From positions 2,048,001 to 2,112,000 of the forward strand of contig OY970192.1 in NCBI GenBank assembly GCA_963708135.1: DNA of 64,000 bases. The letters run 5' to 3'. The DNA comes from an uncultured Gemmatimonadales bacterium. Lineage in GTDB: Bacteria; Gemmatimonadota; Gemmatimonadetes; Longimicrobiales; RSA9. The notes beneath the pieces are model-generated. The model was not told the DNA's origin. It saw nothing but the letters and a program-made list of their open reading frames with translations, and did not search any database. Positions within the stretch are counted from its first letter, which is position 1. Each line of letters begins with the position of its first letter. This document shows positions 63,846 through 64,000 of the stretch, in pieces. The position numbers and the translations under genes were made by a program.

Positions 63846-64000
63846 CTACGCCGGCAGCTCGTCCGGAATGATTGCTTCGGACCGCTCCGGGAGTCCGGCC
63901 AGCACCGCTTCCTCCTCGACCTCATAGCCGGAGATATAGGAGTAGTACCGGTAGACGCCGGCGTCGTCCGCGCCGTTCATCACCGCACCGAGGACGCGGA
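63846..64000 (-). CDS. C-terminus of a Wzc-like BY-kinase (partial)
   Basis: Translates RVLGAVMNGADDAGVYRYYSYISGYEVEEE...*: G.V.N followed by a Tyr cluster; next to the wza-like gene. Confidence 0.75.
   Translation of the reverse strand, partial: RVLGAVMNGADDAGVYRYYSYISGYEVEEEAVLAGLPERSEAIIPDELPA

Overview
A very high-GC bacterial chromosomal segment. Gene content and style suggest Gemmatimonadota (inference, not tested). Positions 0.4-39 kb are mostly housekeeping on the minus strand: fbp, comEC, miaB, an outer-membrane barrel/lipoprotein pair, cdd, alr, mazG, asnS, recG, ftsY and a dcw cluster (mraZ-rsmH-ftsL-ftsI-murE-murF-mraY-murD-ftsW-murG-murC-ftsQ-ftsA-ftsZ-M23 peptidase) with a clear MraZ operator. 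Positions 40-48 kb hold an energy-converting-hydrogenase-related (Ehr-type) operon led by an HTH-PTS EIIA gene. Its small subunit has lost all four Cys ligands of the proximal/N2 Fe-S cluster, the most unusual protein-level feature here. Positions 48-64 kb hold tdh-kbl, an Ig-repeat lipoprotein, udk, a tandem M42-like peptidase coupled to a pentaheme cytochrome c, an RNB nuclease and the end of an exopolysaccharide locus (wzc tail, wza-like). Two separate cassettes share one architecture: TGT-N12-ACA site, sigma54 promoter, HpsJ-like membrane protein, ATGA overlap, PEP-CTERM protein. Three small frameshifts look like sequencing errors. No rRNA, tRNA, CRISPR array or mobile element was recognised. 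Start codons were picked by eye and may be off by a few codons.
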